Assembly: GCA_028706295.1 (NCBI GenBank)
Contig: JAQWBQ010000005.1
Span: 11,395 to 75,394 of the forward strand
Length of the DNA: 64,000 nucleotides
Direction of reading: 5' to 3'
Source of the DNA: Bacteroidales bacterium
GTDB lineage: Bacteria; Bacteroidota; Bacteroidia; Bacteroidales; FEN-979
Positions 28,226-37,448 of the stretch are shown in pieces. Position 1 is the stretch's first letter. Every line of letters begins with the position of its first letter. Made by a program: the position numbers and the translations under genes. The notes beneath the pieces were generated by a model, which saw only the letters and a program-made list of their open reading frames with translations, had not been told where the DNA came from and made no database searches.

Positions 28226-30019
28226 ATGGCTAAACAAATAAATCTGACGATCGACGGTATCGCCATCACAGTGGATGAAGGTACAACCATCCTCGAAGCC
28301 GCCCGCAAACTCAACATACACATCCCGACCCTCTGCTACCATGAAGATCTCTGTGTAGCCGGAAATTGCCGCGTATGTGTTGTTGAACAGGAAAAGGTAA
28401 AAAACCTCCCTGCATCATGCGCCATGCCGGTTTCTGAAGGAATGGTGATCCATACCAACAGCATGAAAGTTAGGCTTGCCCGGAAACACATCGTTGAATT
28501 GCTCCTTTCCGAACATAACGCCGACTGTACCAAATGTTACAAAAACGGGAACTGTGAGCTTCAGGGACTCGCCTCACAAATGCTCACCGGCGACCACCTT
28601 TTCCTCGATCTGGTACCCGAGAAAAATTACACCATCGACATGTTCAACACCGCCATCATTAAAGATGACAGCCGTTGCATCCGTTGTCAAAGATGTGTCC
28701 GCACCTGCGAAGAACTCCAGAGTGTAAGTGCACTCGGAGTGGCATACAAAGGTGATAAAATGAAAATTTCTACCTTCTTTGAACATTCGCTGTTTGAAGT
28801 CGTTTGCACCAACTGCGGACAGTGTGTGAACCGGTGCCCGACCGGAGCCCTCATCGAACGGAACTATATTGATCAGGTTTGGGACGCCATTTATGATCCG
28901 GGCAAACATGTCGTGGTACAAACCGCCCCCGCCGTCCGGGTAGCCCTTGGAGAAGCCCTGGGCTTGCCTCACGGAAAGATCGTTACCGGAAAAATGGTTG
29001 CAGCCCTTCGCAGACTGGGATTTTCTTCGGTACTCGACACCGACTTCACAGCAGACCTCACCATTATTGAAGAAGGCCACGAATTGCTGACCCGGCTGAA
29101 AAAAGCCCTGGTCGACAAAGATCCCACGGTTGCCCTCCCGATGGCTACTTCCTGCTCCCCGGGATGGATCAAGTTCATTGAACATACATTCCCTGAATAT
29201 CTGCCCAACCTGTCTACCTGTAAATCACCACAACAGATGTTCGGTGCACTGGCAAAAACCTACTACGCCCAAAAACGCAAACTCGATCCGCGTAATGTTG
29301 TGTCTGTTTCCATCATGCCTTGCACAGCCAAAAAGTTTGAGGCAAACCGACCCGAAATGCGCTCCAGCGGATTTAAGGATGTCGATTATGTACTCACAAC
29401 CCGTGAACTGGCCATCATGATCAAACAGGCCGGACTCGAATTTGACGAATTACCCGAAGAAAAATACGACAGTTTCATGGGTGCCTCCACCGGAGCAGCT
29501 GTTATCTTCGGATCCACCGGCGGTGTTATGGAAGCAGCCTTACGTACTGCGTATGAAATCGTAACCGGCAGGGAAGTACCATTCGATGGACTGAATATTA
29601 TCCCGGTCCGCGGAACAGAAGGTGAAGTCAGGGAAGCAACCATAAAAATCGAAAAAGTAAAACCTGAATGGAGCTTTCTCGAAGGTGTTGAACTGAAATG
29701 CGCGGTTGCAAACGGCTTGGCCCATGCCAAAACCGTTATGCAAAACGTTAAAGACGGTAAAGTCAATTACCACTTCATCGAAATTATGGCATGTCCGGGC
29801 GGATGTCTTGGCGGCGGGGGACAACCGATCCCTACCAGTCCCGAGATCAGATCGAAACGGAAGATGGCCATCTACCAGGAAGATATGGGAATGCCAATCC
29901 GTAAATCGCACGAAAATCCTGAGATTGCAGAGATCTATAAAGAATTCCTTGAGAAACCACTCGGACATAAATCTCACGAACTCCTGCACACCCATTATAC
30001 TCCGCGCAAGAGATATTAA
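28226..30019 (+). CDS. hydA: [FeFe]-hydrogenase catalytic subunit, M3 architecture, with a non-canonical L1 motif TSCSPGW
   Basis: 597 aa. N-terminal 2Fe-2S (CYHEDLCVAGNCRVC), HNADCTKCYKNGNCELQ, CIRCQRCVRTC and CTNCGQCVNRCP. H-cluster motifs are TSCSPGW (29147-29167), MPCTAKKFE and EIMACPGGCLGGGGQP. Confidence 0.9.
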   Translation: MAKQINLTIDGIAITVDEGTTILEAARKLNIHIPTLCYHEDLCVAGNCRVCVVEQEKVKNLPASCAMPVSEGMVIHTNSMKVRLARKHIVELLLSEHNADCTKCYKNGNCELQGLASQMLTGDHLFLDLVPEKNYTIDMFNTAIIKDDSRCIRCQRCVRTCEELQSVSALGVAYKGDKMKISTFFEHSLFEVVCTNCGQCVNRCPTGALIERNYIDQVWDAIYDPGKHVVVQTAPAVRVALGEALGLPHGKIVTGKMVAALRRLGFSSVLDTDFTADLTIIEEGHELLTRLKKALVDKDPTVALPMATSCSPGWIKFIEHTFPEYLPNLSTCKSPQQMFGALAKTYYAQKRKLDPRNVVSVSIMPCTAKKFEANRPEMRSSGFKDVDYVLTTRELAIMIKQAGLEFDELPEEKYDSFMGASTGAAVIFGSTGGVMEAALRTAYEIVTGREVPFDGLNIIPVRGTEGEVREATIKIEKVKPEWSFLEGVELKCAVANGLAHAKTVMQNVKDGKVNYHFIEIMACPGGCLGGGGQPIPTSPEIRSKRKMAIYQEDMGMPIRKSHENPEIAEIYKEFLEKPLGHKSHELLHTHYTPRKRY

Positions 30020-30034
30020 TCTTTCAAAACCGTT

Positions 30035-30075
30035 AAAAAAGGTTGTCCCGTCAATTCAGGGACAACCTTTTTTTT
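30035..30075 (+). terminator. Rho-independent terminator after hydA (operon 1), potentially bidirectional
   Basis: Stem ggttgtccc/gggacaacc (30041-49/30059-67) flanked by an A6 run and a T8 run. Confidence 0.8.
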
Positions 30076-30087
30076 ATTTCAAGAACG

Positions 30088-30120
30088 AAAAAAAAGGAGA
30101 CGGCCTTTTGAGCCGCCTCC
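30088..30120 (-). terminator. Rho-independent terminator of the minus-strand gene 30166-31053
   Basis: On the minus strand: ggaggcggc-tcaaaa-ggccgtctcc followed by T8. Confidence 0.7.
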
Positions 30121-30165
30121 GGAGCGCACATTTCTAACAATGGTATGTATAAAGAACGAAGAAAG

Positions 30166-31053
30166 TTAAATTTTGGGTTTCTCGGTTGAAGTCTTGGTTT
30201 CCGGACGCTCTTCTCCCTTTGACGACTCCGGCGTCGTCTGTGATTTCTTTTGTTGCTGCATCTCATATTCTTCCGCTCCTTGTTGCGGACGCACAATGAC
30301 TCTGACATTCTTTTCACCTCCCCTGGTACGCTGCCTCATCTGTTGAGGCTTTTCCCTCACAATCACCATCCGGTCGCGAACAACGGGAAACGGACCATCT
30401 TCAAGGTCAATCACAATCCTTTTCCCATTTTTCCGATCCTTGATGGAATAACTTTTTACACGATCCATCGGAATATCACCCAACAGTTCGTTCAACGAAC
30501 CCCGTTCGTCCCGGCTGAAATTCAGGATTCTGTGGTCCGGGCATGGCACAGGACAATCAAACCTGAAACCTTCGGGAGATTCCCATTCAGGAAGTTCAGG
30601 TAGTTCCGGACATTCGAAATCATAATCATAGTTAAACCCTTGGGGAAACCTGTGTATCCTGACATTACCTCCCTTTCCTTTGTTTTTGAGAACAATGATG
30701 TTATCCATGTCGTTTTCAAGAGAATCAAGATTTTCCAGGTTCTCCAACTCCAGATCAATATTATAACCCTCCTTTTTCATGTTCATCTTCATTGCTTTCA
30801 TATCCCCCTTCAGTTTATGTACCAGCTCCCTGATCTCTTCCCGGTCAAGGGACGAATTATACGTAATCGTTGTGTCGATGGTCGTTGTCTTTCCATCGTC
30901 ATCCTTCACGATTTTTAGGTGGATGGTCGATTCCTTTTTCGACGAATCGGATCCTGTGTCCTGGGTCCGTCCTGGTTTTGTGATAAAAATTACCAGTATG
31001 GTTGCCACTGCTGTGACAAAAAACCGGCTTGGTGAAATGCTGAAGATTTTCAT
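30166..31053 (-). CDS. Secreted hypothetical protein with a Lys/Glu/Pro/Thr-rich C-terminal tail
   Basis: 295 aa with an N-terminal signal/TM segment. No recognisable catalytic motif. Divergent from the two-component system. Confidence 0.5.
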   Translation of the reverse strand: MKIFSISPSRFFVTAVATILVIFITKPGRTQDTGSDSSKKESTIHLKIVKDDDGKTTTIDTTITYNSSLDREEIRELVHKLKGDMKAMKMNMKKEGYNIDLELENLENLDSLENDMDNIIVLKNKGKGGNVRIHRFPQGFNYDYDFECPELPELPEWESPEGFRFDCPVPCPDHRILNFSRDERGSLNELLGDIPMDRVKSYSIKDRKNGKRIVIDLEDGPFPVVRDRMVIVREKPQQMRQRTRGGEKNVRVIVRPQQGAEEYEMQQQKKSQTTPESSKGEERPETKTSTEKPKI

Positions 31054-31188
31054 GAGGTCCTCCTGTGTTTTAAATGATGTCGCAAATCTAAACTGTCTAA
31101 GCAGTTGAAAATGTTAATGTATCGTTAAATTCAGTTAAGGAATCGTTAATCTTGATGATTGGGGAACTCCTTTATTTACTTTTGTACC

Positions 31189-33069
31189 ATGAATAAGAAA
31201 TTGCTATACATTTTGATCCTTTGCATCTGCATATCCCTTGTGGGGATCATCATTGTCCAGTTCTTTTGGATCCGGAACGCATTCCAGGTCAAGGAAGCCC
31301 AATTTAACCGAAGTGTTAACGATGCCCTTGGAGATGTTGTCAATAAGATAGAGACCAGGGAAAACATGCACTTCATCAGCCGCAATTATGAAGGCGACAG
31401 CATCATGAGTATCGTTCAGGCTTTTTCAAAAGATTCATCCATTACCATCAAAGCCCGCCTTGACTCACTGCTCGCATTGAATGAACTACCAGAAACACAT
31501 TCTTTACCAAAACACCGTTCTGAACGTGCATTCCGCCGCCCGCTCGCACCGGGCGTTCTCCATTACTCCTACCAGTATAACGTGATCCCTGTCCTGGAAG
31601 GTCTCGACTCGCTGACAATAAGGATGGAACAGGTTTATGAAGAAATGCATCAGATTGAACCTGATGCATACAGTTTTGAATGGAAAGATCAGGTAAGCAA
31701 ACTTGATTCCATGATAGAAATCAACGAACGGAATCGGGGACTGGCATTTCAGGAGAAGGAGTGGGAATCCGACCAGGCAGGCAACAAAACCATTATTTTA
31801 ACAACACCAGGGTACCGGCGATCACGGAATATCCAGCATCCGATCTCCCCAAATCCATCTCCTCCTACCCCAATGAGCAGGATGAAAGTAAACCGTGAAA
31901 AATTCCAATACCGCGAAAATAACATTCAGAAGCTGGACAATAAGGCAAAAAAAATCCAGGATGTTATTAAAAAAATGGCTATCGAATTAGAAACCAAACC
32001 AGCACCAATCCAGCAACGGATTAACAAAAAAACGCTCCAGGCTTCTTTGAGCAAATCGTTAATTGATAAAGGAATCGATCTTCCGTTTGAATTTGCCGTG
32101 TATTCTCCAACAAACGACAGCAATCATATTCCGATCCGGTCGGCCGGATTTATTGAACCCGGAACGATCTCCGATCATAAAGTTTCCCTATTCCCCAACG
32201 ATTTATTCAAAAAGCCTGATTTGCTCGTTATCCGCTTCCCCGGACAGAAAACTCATGTTCTGAAATCTTTGTCTTTGCTGCTTGCAGGTTCTGTCCTCTT
32301 TACGCTGATCATCATTCTCTCCTCCGGTGCAAGCATCGTGGTAATGATCCGGCAAAAGAAAATTTCGGATATTAAAACCGATTTCATAAACAACATGACC
32401 CATGAGTTTAAAACTCCCATAGCGACTATTTCCATCGCTGCTGATTCGATCAATAATCCAAGGGTACTGTCGGAACCGGATACTATTAAAAATTTCACAA
32501 GGATCATAAAGGAAGAGAACAACCGGATGAACACACGGGTAGAACAGGTCCTTCAGATGGCGTTATTGGACAGTCGTGACTTCAAACTCCGACTTGTACT
32601 TGTTGATCTGAATGAACTAATCGAAAGGGTAACCGATCATTTCAGGTTGCAGGTAGAAAAACGTGAGGGAAAGATCATTACTGATCTGAGGGCCGAAAAC
32701 CCCATGGTACTTGCAGATGAAGATCATATGAGAAATGTGCTCCTCAACCTTCTCGACAATGCCAACAAATATTCCATCATCAAACCACAGATCACCGTTA
32801 CTTCCTTTAACCGATCCGGAAAATATTTTTTCTCTGTTCAGGATAGAGGGTTAGGCATGAGTGCAGATACACAGCGGAAAATCTTTGATAAATTCTACCG
32901 GGTTACATCCGGAAACATACATAATATTAAAGGATTCGGTCTGGGATTAAGTTATGTCAGGGCAATTGTCCTGGCACACAAAGGTGAAATCCAACTGCAG
33001 AGCGAATTCGGGAAAGGAAGCAAATTCGAAATAAGTATGGTCAATGCTCAAACAAATCAGAATGAATAA
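31189..33069 (+). CDS. Sensor histidine kinase (membrane-bound, large N-terminal sensor region)
   Basis: H-box FINNMTHEFKTPIATI, N-box LLNLLDNANKY, G-boxes DRGLGM and GFGLGLSYV. ATG at 31189 is preferred over TTG at 31159. Confidence 0.85.
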   Translation: MNKKLLYILILCICISLVGIIIVQFFWIRNAFQVKEAQFNRSVNDALGDVVNKIETRENMHFISRNYEGDSIMSIVQAFSKDSSITIKARLDSLLALNELPETHSLPKHRSERAFRRPLAPGVLHYSYQYNVIPVLEGLDSLTIRMEQVYEEMHQIEPDAYSFEWKDQVSKLDSMIEINERNRGLAFQEKEWESDQAGNKTIILTTPGYRRSRNIQHPISPNPSPPTPMSRMKVNREKFQYRENNIQKLDNKAKKIQDVIKKMAIELETKPAPIQQRINKKTLQASLSKSLIDKGIDLPFEFAVYSPTNDSNHIPIRSAGFIEPGTISDHKVSLFPNDLFKKPDLLVIRFPGQKTHVLKSLSLLLAGSVLFTLIIILSSGASIVVMIRQKKISDIKTDFINNMTHEFKTPIATISIAADSINNPRVLSEPDTIKNFTRIIKEENNRMNTRVEQVLQMALLDSRDFKLRLVLVDLNELIERVTDHFRLQVEKREGKIITDLRAENPMVLADEDHMRNVLLNLLDNANKYSIIKPQITVTSFNRSGKYFFSVQDRGLGMSADTQRKIFDKFYRVTSGNIHNIKGFGLGLSYVRAIVLAHKGEIQLQSEFGKGSKFEISMVNAQTNQNE

Positions 33070-33760
33070 AAAAATCAAAATACTGCTGGTCGAAGACGAC
33101 CCCAATTTTGGATCTATAATGAAATCTTACCTGGAGCTCAACGATTTCTCAGTCGTTTTAAAATCGGATGGTAAACAGGGATTATCAACATTTAAATCCG
33201 AAGCCTTCGATATCTGCATCCTTGATGTTATGATGCCAGAAATGGACGGTTTTACTTTGGCTAAAGAGATTAAGAAAACCAACAGCCCGGTCCCTTTCAT
33301 CTTTCTTACGGCGAAATCACTGAAAGAGGATATGCTGGAAGGCTTCAGAACGGGAGCCGATGATTATATAACCAAACCATTCGATTCGGAGGTCCTGCTC
33401 TTTAAACTTCATGCCATCCTGAAAAGAAATCTCAAATCACCCAACAACGAAAATGAACCGAGTGAGATCATGGTGGGAAAATTGAAATTCAACATTCCAT
33501 TACGGACACTTTCCTTCGAAAAAGAGACCTTTCAACTTTCGCCCAAAGAAGCGAACCTGCTGAAAATGCTTTGTTCCGCCAAAGATGGAATTCTGCTGCG
33601 CAAAGATGCCTTGGAACAGATATGGGGGGCTGATAACTACTTCAATGGCAGAAGTATGGATGTATTCATCGCCAGGCTCAGGAAGTACCTGAAAACCGAT
33701 CCCTGTATTGAAATTGCGAACATCCATGGAAATGGATTTCGATTAGTTATCCAGAAATAA
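33062..33760 (+). CDS. OmpR-family DNA-binding response regulator
   Basis: REC domain (ILLVEDD...ILDVMMPEMDG...LTAK) plus a winged-helix output (LSPKEANLLKML...FIARLRKYL). The ATG overlaps the kinase stop by 8 nt. Confidence 0.85.
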   Translation: MNKKIKILLVEDDPNFGSIMKSYLELNDFSVVLKSDGKQGLSTFKSEAFDICILDVMMPEMDGFTLAKEIKKTNSPVPFIFLTAKSLKEDMLEGFRTGADDYITKPFDSEVLLFKLHAILKRNLKSPNNENEPSEIMVGKLKFNIPLRTLSFEKETFQLSPKEANLLKMLCSAKDGILLRKDALEQIWGADNYFNGRSMDVFIARLRKYLKTDPCIEIANIHGNGFRLVIQK

Positions 33761-33782
33761 ATCAATTGTTATTTTGTTAACA

Positions 33783-33800
33783 TTGTTAAATAAATAACAA
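33783..33800. promoter_or_regulatory. 18-bp palindrome TTGTTAA-ATAA-ATAACAA (degenerate Rex-like site)
   Basis: Perfect TTGTTA-N6-TAACAA inverted repeat. One mismatch to the clostridial Rex variant TTGTTAA-N4-TTAACAA. Lies about 30 nt upstream of a -7 box. Confidence 0.4.
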
Positions 33801-33828
33801 AAAGCTTGGTTCGAAGAAATACAAATTG

Positions 33829-33836
33829 TAATTTTG
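33829..33836 (+). promoter_or_regulatory. -7 promoter box (TAATTTTG) upstream of the DRTGG gene
   Basis: Matches TAnnTTTG, 31 nt before the ATG at 33867. Confidence 0.4.
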
Positions 33837-33866
33837 TAGCTGAATTTATGGGCAATACACTTCGAA

Positions 33867-34232
33867 ATGGCAGCAACGAACAACCTGGTTAACTTAGAAA
33901 AAATAGCGCAGCTCCTCGATGGCCAGATCATTACCGACGCCGGAAATCCCGACCGGATCATTGAGGGGGCCTTTGCTTCTGACCTCATGAGCGATGTTCT
34001 CACACTCCCGACTAAACATTTGTTGTTATTGACAGGCCTGGTCAACATCCAGGCGATCAGGACGGCCGAAATGTCAGACATCGATTGTATCGTATTTGTC
34101 AGAAATAAAAAAGTAACAGTCGAAATGACCAACCTGGCTAATGAAACCGGGATTGCAATAATCCACAGTCCTTTTTCCATGTATAAAGCCAGCGGCATTT
34201 TATACCAGGCTGGAATCAAACCCGTTTATTGA
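33867..34232 (+). CDS. DRTGG domain protein (copy 1)
   Basis: 121 aa. ...GAFASDLMSDVL...LLLLTGL... pattern typical of small DRTGG proteins found in Firmicutes/Thermotogae hydrogenase operons. Confidence 0.7.
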   Translation: MAATNNLVNLEKIAQLLDGQIITDAGNPDRIIEGAFASDLMSDVLTLPTKHLLLLTGLVNIQAIRTAEMSDIDCIVFVRNKKVTVEMTNLANETGIAIIHSPFSMYKASGILYQAGIKPVY

Positions 34233-34239
34233 TCCGCTC

Positions 34240-34662
34240 ATGCATTTTGAATACCATGTTGAAGGGGGAAATTTTTCTCAGGCCGGTTTTACCTCCAGTC
34301 AGGTTAAAAAAACACTGAAACAACTGAATGTCGATGGTGATGTGATCAGGCGAACGGTAATAGCGCTCTATGAAGCTGAAGTGAACATTGTGGCTCATGC
34401 TTACAAGGGTAAAATCGCCGTTGATATCGATCCTGAAAAAATCAGCATTTTATTAGACGATGAAGGACCGGGGATTCCCGATATTCAAAAGGCGATGGAA
34501 GTGGGTTATTCCACAGCCACTCCACAGGTCAGGGAGATGGGATTTGGGGCCGGGATGGGACTTTCGAACATGAAAAATAATTCCGACCGGCTCGATATCG
34601 ACAGTGTGGTCGGAAAAGGAACAAGAGTCATGATCATCAACTATTTCAACCCAACAAGATGA
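34240..34662 (+). CDS. GHKL-type ATPase / RsbW-SpoIIAB-like serine kinase (copy 1)
   Basis: 140 aa. EAEVNIVAHAY (N-box-like), DDEGPGIPD (G1), GFGAGMGLSNM (G2). No HisKA domain. Confidence 0.7.
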   Translation: MHFEYHVEGGNFSQAGFTSSQVKKTLKQLNVDGDVIRRTVIALYEAEVNIVAHAYKGKIAVDIDPEKISILLDDEGPGIPDIQKAMEVGYSTATPQVREMGFGAGMGLSNMKNNSDRLDIDSVVGKGTRVMIINYFNPTR

Positions 34663-36056
34663 CACAGGTTACCGGGTCTCATTTTCAACATGCACTTCAA
34701 TTCAGGGAAGATACCTGCATCGGATGCTCCCATTGCATGAATGTTTGTCCTACCGAAGCAATCCGTGTTTCATCGGGAAAAGCAAGACTTATACCTAACC
34801 GGTGTATCGATTGCGGAGAATGTTACCGCGTTTGTCCGGTTCGTGCCATCGTAGTGGAACAAGACGATTTTGAAGAGATTTACCGTTACCCTACACGTGT
34901 TGCACTAATCCCCGGCGTTTTCACTGGTCAGTTTCCCGACAGCGTCGGACCCGAACAGATAATCAGCGCCATTTATGAACTTGGATTTACCCATGTTGCC
35001 GAAGTCGAAGAAGGAGTAGAATTTCTCTGTAATCAAAGTAATAATTACATTGGAACCAACCGGGAAACCGCTCCTCTTATTTCATCATTCTGTCCGGCCA
35101 TCGTACGACTGATCCAGGTTAAGTTTCCCTCTCTCACCGGCAACATTATCCGGCTGAAGGCCCCTCTCGATATAACTGCCCTGACAATCCGGTATAATCT
35201 TTCAAAACAGGGTATCCCTCCCGAAGATATCGGAATCTTTTACGTTACCCCCTGTGCCGCAAAAATTGTGGCCGTGAAAAACCCCGTCGGCGAAGAACAT
35301 TCGGCCATTGACGGCGTACTCAACATGAATTTTGTTTACAATAAGGTTTTCCGGATACTCCGCCAAAAAAAAGGTACATCCGTCAACCTTCCTGACTCAG
35401 GGCTGACATCGCGTGCGGTGACCTGGAGCCTGACCCATGGCGAAGCCGACCATATGATGGCAGGGCGCAGCCTGGCAATCGATCAGATAAACAATGTAAT
35501 TGAATTCCTCGAAAAGATCGAAAATGAGGAAATCAGTGGGGTTGGATTCCTTGAACTACGAGCCTGCGACGAAAGCTGTGCAGGCGGAATCCTTTGCCCC
35601 GGTAATCGATTCCTTACAGTCGACAGACTGCGAAAGCGAGCCAGGGCGTTATCCGCTGTAAAACCGATATCAAACCATCGGGAGGAGCATTACCCGCAGG
35701 GTCTCTTTACCCATCTTCAGAATAATATGGAATTAGGTAAAATCCAGCCCAGGTCAATGATGAAACTTGATGATCAGGTGATGCAGGCCATGATTAAGAT
35801 GAAACGGATTTATGAGTTGAACAGCGTGTTGCCACAGGTTGATTGCGGAATTTGCGGATCACCTTCCTGCAAAGCATTGTCGGAGGATATCGTTCAGCAC
35901 AATGCCCACCTCCGTCAATGTATCTTTGTACAGCGGATTCTTGAACAAAATGATCAAATGGATCCGGCCGAGTCAATGAAAATCATGGCCGGCATCTGGA
36001 GTGACCAGAAACTGGATAAAAACAAATTAAAGGATAAAATCAATGATGTTTCATAA
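34659..36056 (+). CDS. HydS-like [FeFe]-hydrogenase-domain protein (S1): 2x[4Fe-4S] ferredoxin, degenerate H-domain and C-terminal 4-Cys domain, with no output domain
   Basis: 465 aa. CIGCSHCMNVCP and CIDCGECYRVCP. L1 is SSFCPAIV (35082-35096), L2 is VTPCAAK, L3 is ACDESCAGG (35565-35588). C-terminal CGICGSPSC...C. ATGA overlap with the upstream gene. Confidence 0.8.
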   Translation: MTQVTGSHFQHALQFREDTCIGCSHCMNVCPTEAIRVSSGKARLIPNRCIDCGECYRVCPVRAIVVEQDDFEEIYRYPTRVALIPGVFTGQFPDSVGPEQIISAIYELGFTHVAEVEEGVEFLCNQSNNYIGTNRETAPLISSFCPAIVRLIQVKFPSLTGNIIRLKAPLDITALTIRYNLSKQGIPPEDIGIFYVTPCAAKIVAVKNPVGEEHSAIDGVLNMNFVYNKVFRILRQKKGTSVNLPDSGLTSRAVTWSLTHGEADHMMAGRSLAIDQINNVIEFLEKIENEEISGVGFLELRACDESCAGGILCPGNRFLTVDRLRKRARALSAVKPISNHREEHYPQGLFTHLQNNMELGKIQPRSMMKLDDQVMQAMIKMKRIYELNSVLPQVDCGICGSPSCKALSEDIVQHNAHLRQCIFVQRILEQNDQMDPAESMKIMAGIWSDQKLDKNKLKDKINDVS

Positions 36057-36417
36057 AATCCATCCCGATATGAACCTGGCAGAACTTGTTGAAAAGCTTA
36101 ATTTATCAATTTTTTCGGGTAAGGAAGCATTGTCAAAGCCTGTTACAGGCGGTTATACTTCCGACCTTCTCAGTGATGTAATGGGGCATGCCGGACCCGG
36201 ACAGGTATGGATAACCCTTCAAACCCATAAGAATGTCGTTGCAATAGCATCACTTAAAGAATTATCGGCCATTATCCTTGTCAAAGGATATAAACCCGAC
36301 GATGAGATGCTTAGTCAAAGCATAGCGGAACGGATTCCGGTTTTAGGAACGACTCTTGAGACATTTGAAATAACCGGTCGTGTATTTATGTTGTTAAACA
36401 GAGATAATTCCGACTGA
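36043..36417 (+). CDS. DRTGG domain protein (copy 2)
   Basis: 124 aa. ...GGYTSDLLSDVMGH...ASLKELSAIILV... The start overlaps the end of S1. Alternative Met at 36070. Confidence 0.7.
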   Translation: MMFHKIHPDMNLAELVEKLNLSIFSGKEALSKPVTGGYTSDLLSDVMGHAGPGQVWITLQTHKNVVAIASLKELSAIILVKGYKPDDEMLSQSIAERIPVLGTTLETFEITGRVFMLLNRDNSD

Positions 36418-36470
36418 TTCCATTTCTGAGTGTTTACTGATTCATTGTATTGAAAAGCTATTTCGCACGA

Positions 36471-37220
36471 ATGAAATCGTTTATCGGTGATCTTCATATA
36501 CATACCGTTTTATCACCCTGCGGCGACCTTGAGATGAGCCCCGATAACATTATTCGTCGTGCGGCAGATTTGAATCTCGACATTATCGGCATTACCGACC
36601 ATAATAGCACCCGGCAATGTAACCTGATCAGACAAATGGGCGAGGATGCAGGTATTCTTGTTTTATGCGGTGCCGAGGTCACCTCACGCGAAGAGGTACA
36701 TTGTCTGACCTATTTTGAAACGCCTGCCCAGCTTGAAGAATTTCAGCATTATCTCGATCAGAACCTTCCGGATATCCCAAACGATCCGCGATTGTTCGGC
36801 CACCAGGTTGTGGTCGACGACATGAACAACATCATTTACACCGAAGAACGCTCCCTTCTCATGGCATTAACTCAGCGTCTGGATGAGATTGCATCTTGTG
36901 TGAGGCAATTACAAGGATTGTTCATTCCCGCCCATATCGACAGGCCAAGGTTCGGTATTTTAGGACAACTTGGATTTTTTCCGCAGGAATTGATGGTGGA
37001 TGCAGTAGAACTTTCGCCGAATTCAAATCAGGAAAGCCTTCGGGCATTGTTCCCGGATATTTTTAAGCATTCCTTTATAGGAGGATCGGATGCACATTTT
37101 CTCCACCATATGGGAACATGGAAAACCGTTTTTCGGATGCGGGAACCCAGTTTTGCCGAAATCCGTCGATGCTTGCACCGAAAGGCAGGACGCAGCGCTG
37201 TCATCGACACCTTAACCTGA
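36471..37220 (+). CDS. PHP-domain metal-dependent phosphoesterase
   Basis: GDLHIHTVLSPCGD, ITDHNS and GGSDAH motifs. ATG at 36471 is preferred over TTG at 36450. Confidence 0.75.
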   Translation: MKSFIGDLHIHTVLSPCGDLEMSPDNIIRRAADLNLDIIGITDHNSTRQCNLIRQMGEDAGILVLCGAEVTSREEVHCLTYFETPAQLEEFQHYLDQNLPDIPNDPRLFGHQVVVDDMNNIIYTEERSLLMALTQRLDEIASCVRQLQGLFIPAHIDRPRFGILGQLGFFPQELMVDAVELSPNSNQESLRALFPDIFKHSFIGGSDAHFLHHMGTWKTVFRMREPSFAEIRRCLHRKAGRSAVIDTLT

Positions 37221-37393
37221 TTCGGCTGTGTGTGATAAAAATATCATTTAAATCGGATTATTCAGAATATTTTTTTATCTTTAACAATTCCTTTAGCAAG
37301 AGCGCAACACCACCGTGTCGCCCTCTAGTCGCAAAAGGAAACAAAGATAAATGACAAAGCAAAACACTGTTTTATAAATTTTTAAGATACTTT

Positions 37394-37411
37394 TTGTGAA
37401 TTTTTTCACAA
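37394..37411. promoter_or_regulatory. Perfect Rex operator TTGTGAA-TTTT-TTCACAA
   Basis: Exact match to the 18-bp Rex consensus palindrome. Lies about 28 nt upstream of a TATCTTTG -7 box (37439-37446), i.e. around the -33 region of the operon 2 promoter. Confidence 0.75.
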
Positions 37412-37448
37412 AGTGAATAAAATAACAATAAAGTTTTTTATCTTTGCA

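Noticed and set aside
31177-31184. TACTTTTG box as the promoter of the sensor kinase
   Set aside because: It lies only 5 nt before the ATG at 31189, so a transcript starting downstream of it would lack the start codon. The match may be coincidental, or the true start or promoter may lie elsewhere.
33743-34219. 158-aa minus-strand ORF
   Set aside because: It lies entirely antisense to the DRTGG gene, which has recognisable family motifs and a promoter box. The translation is hydrophobic and low-complexity, so this is a shadow ORF.
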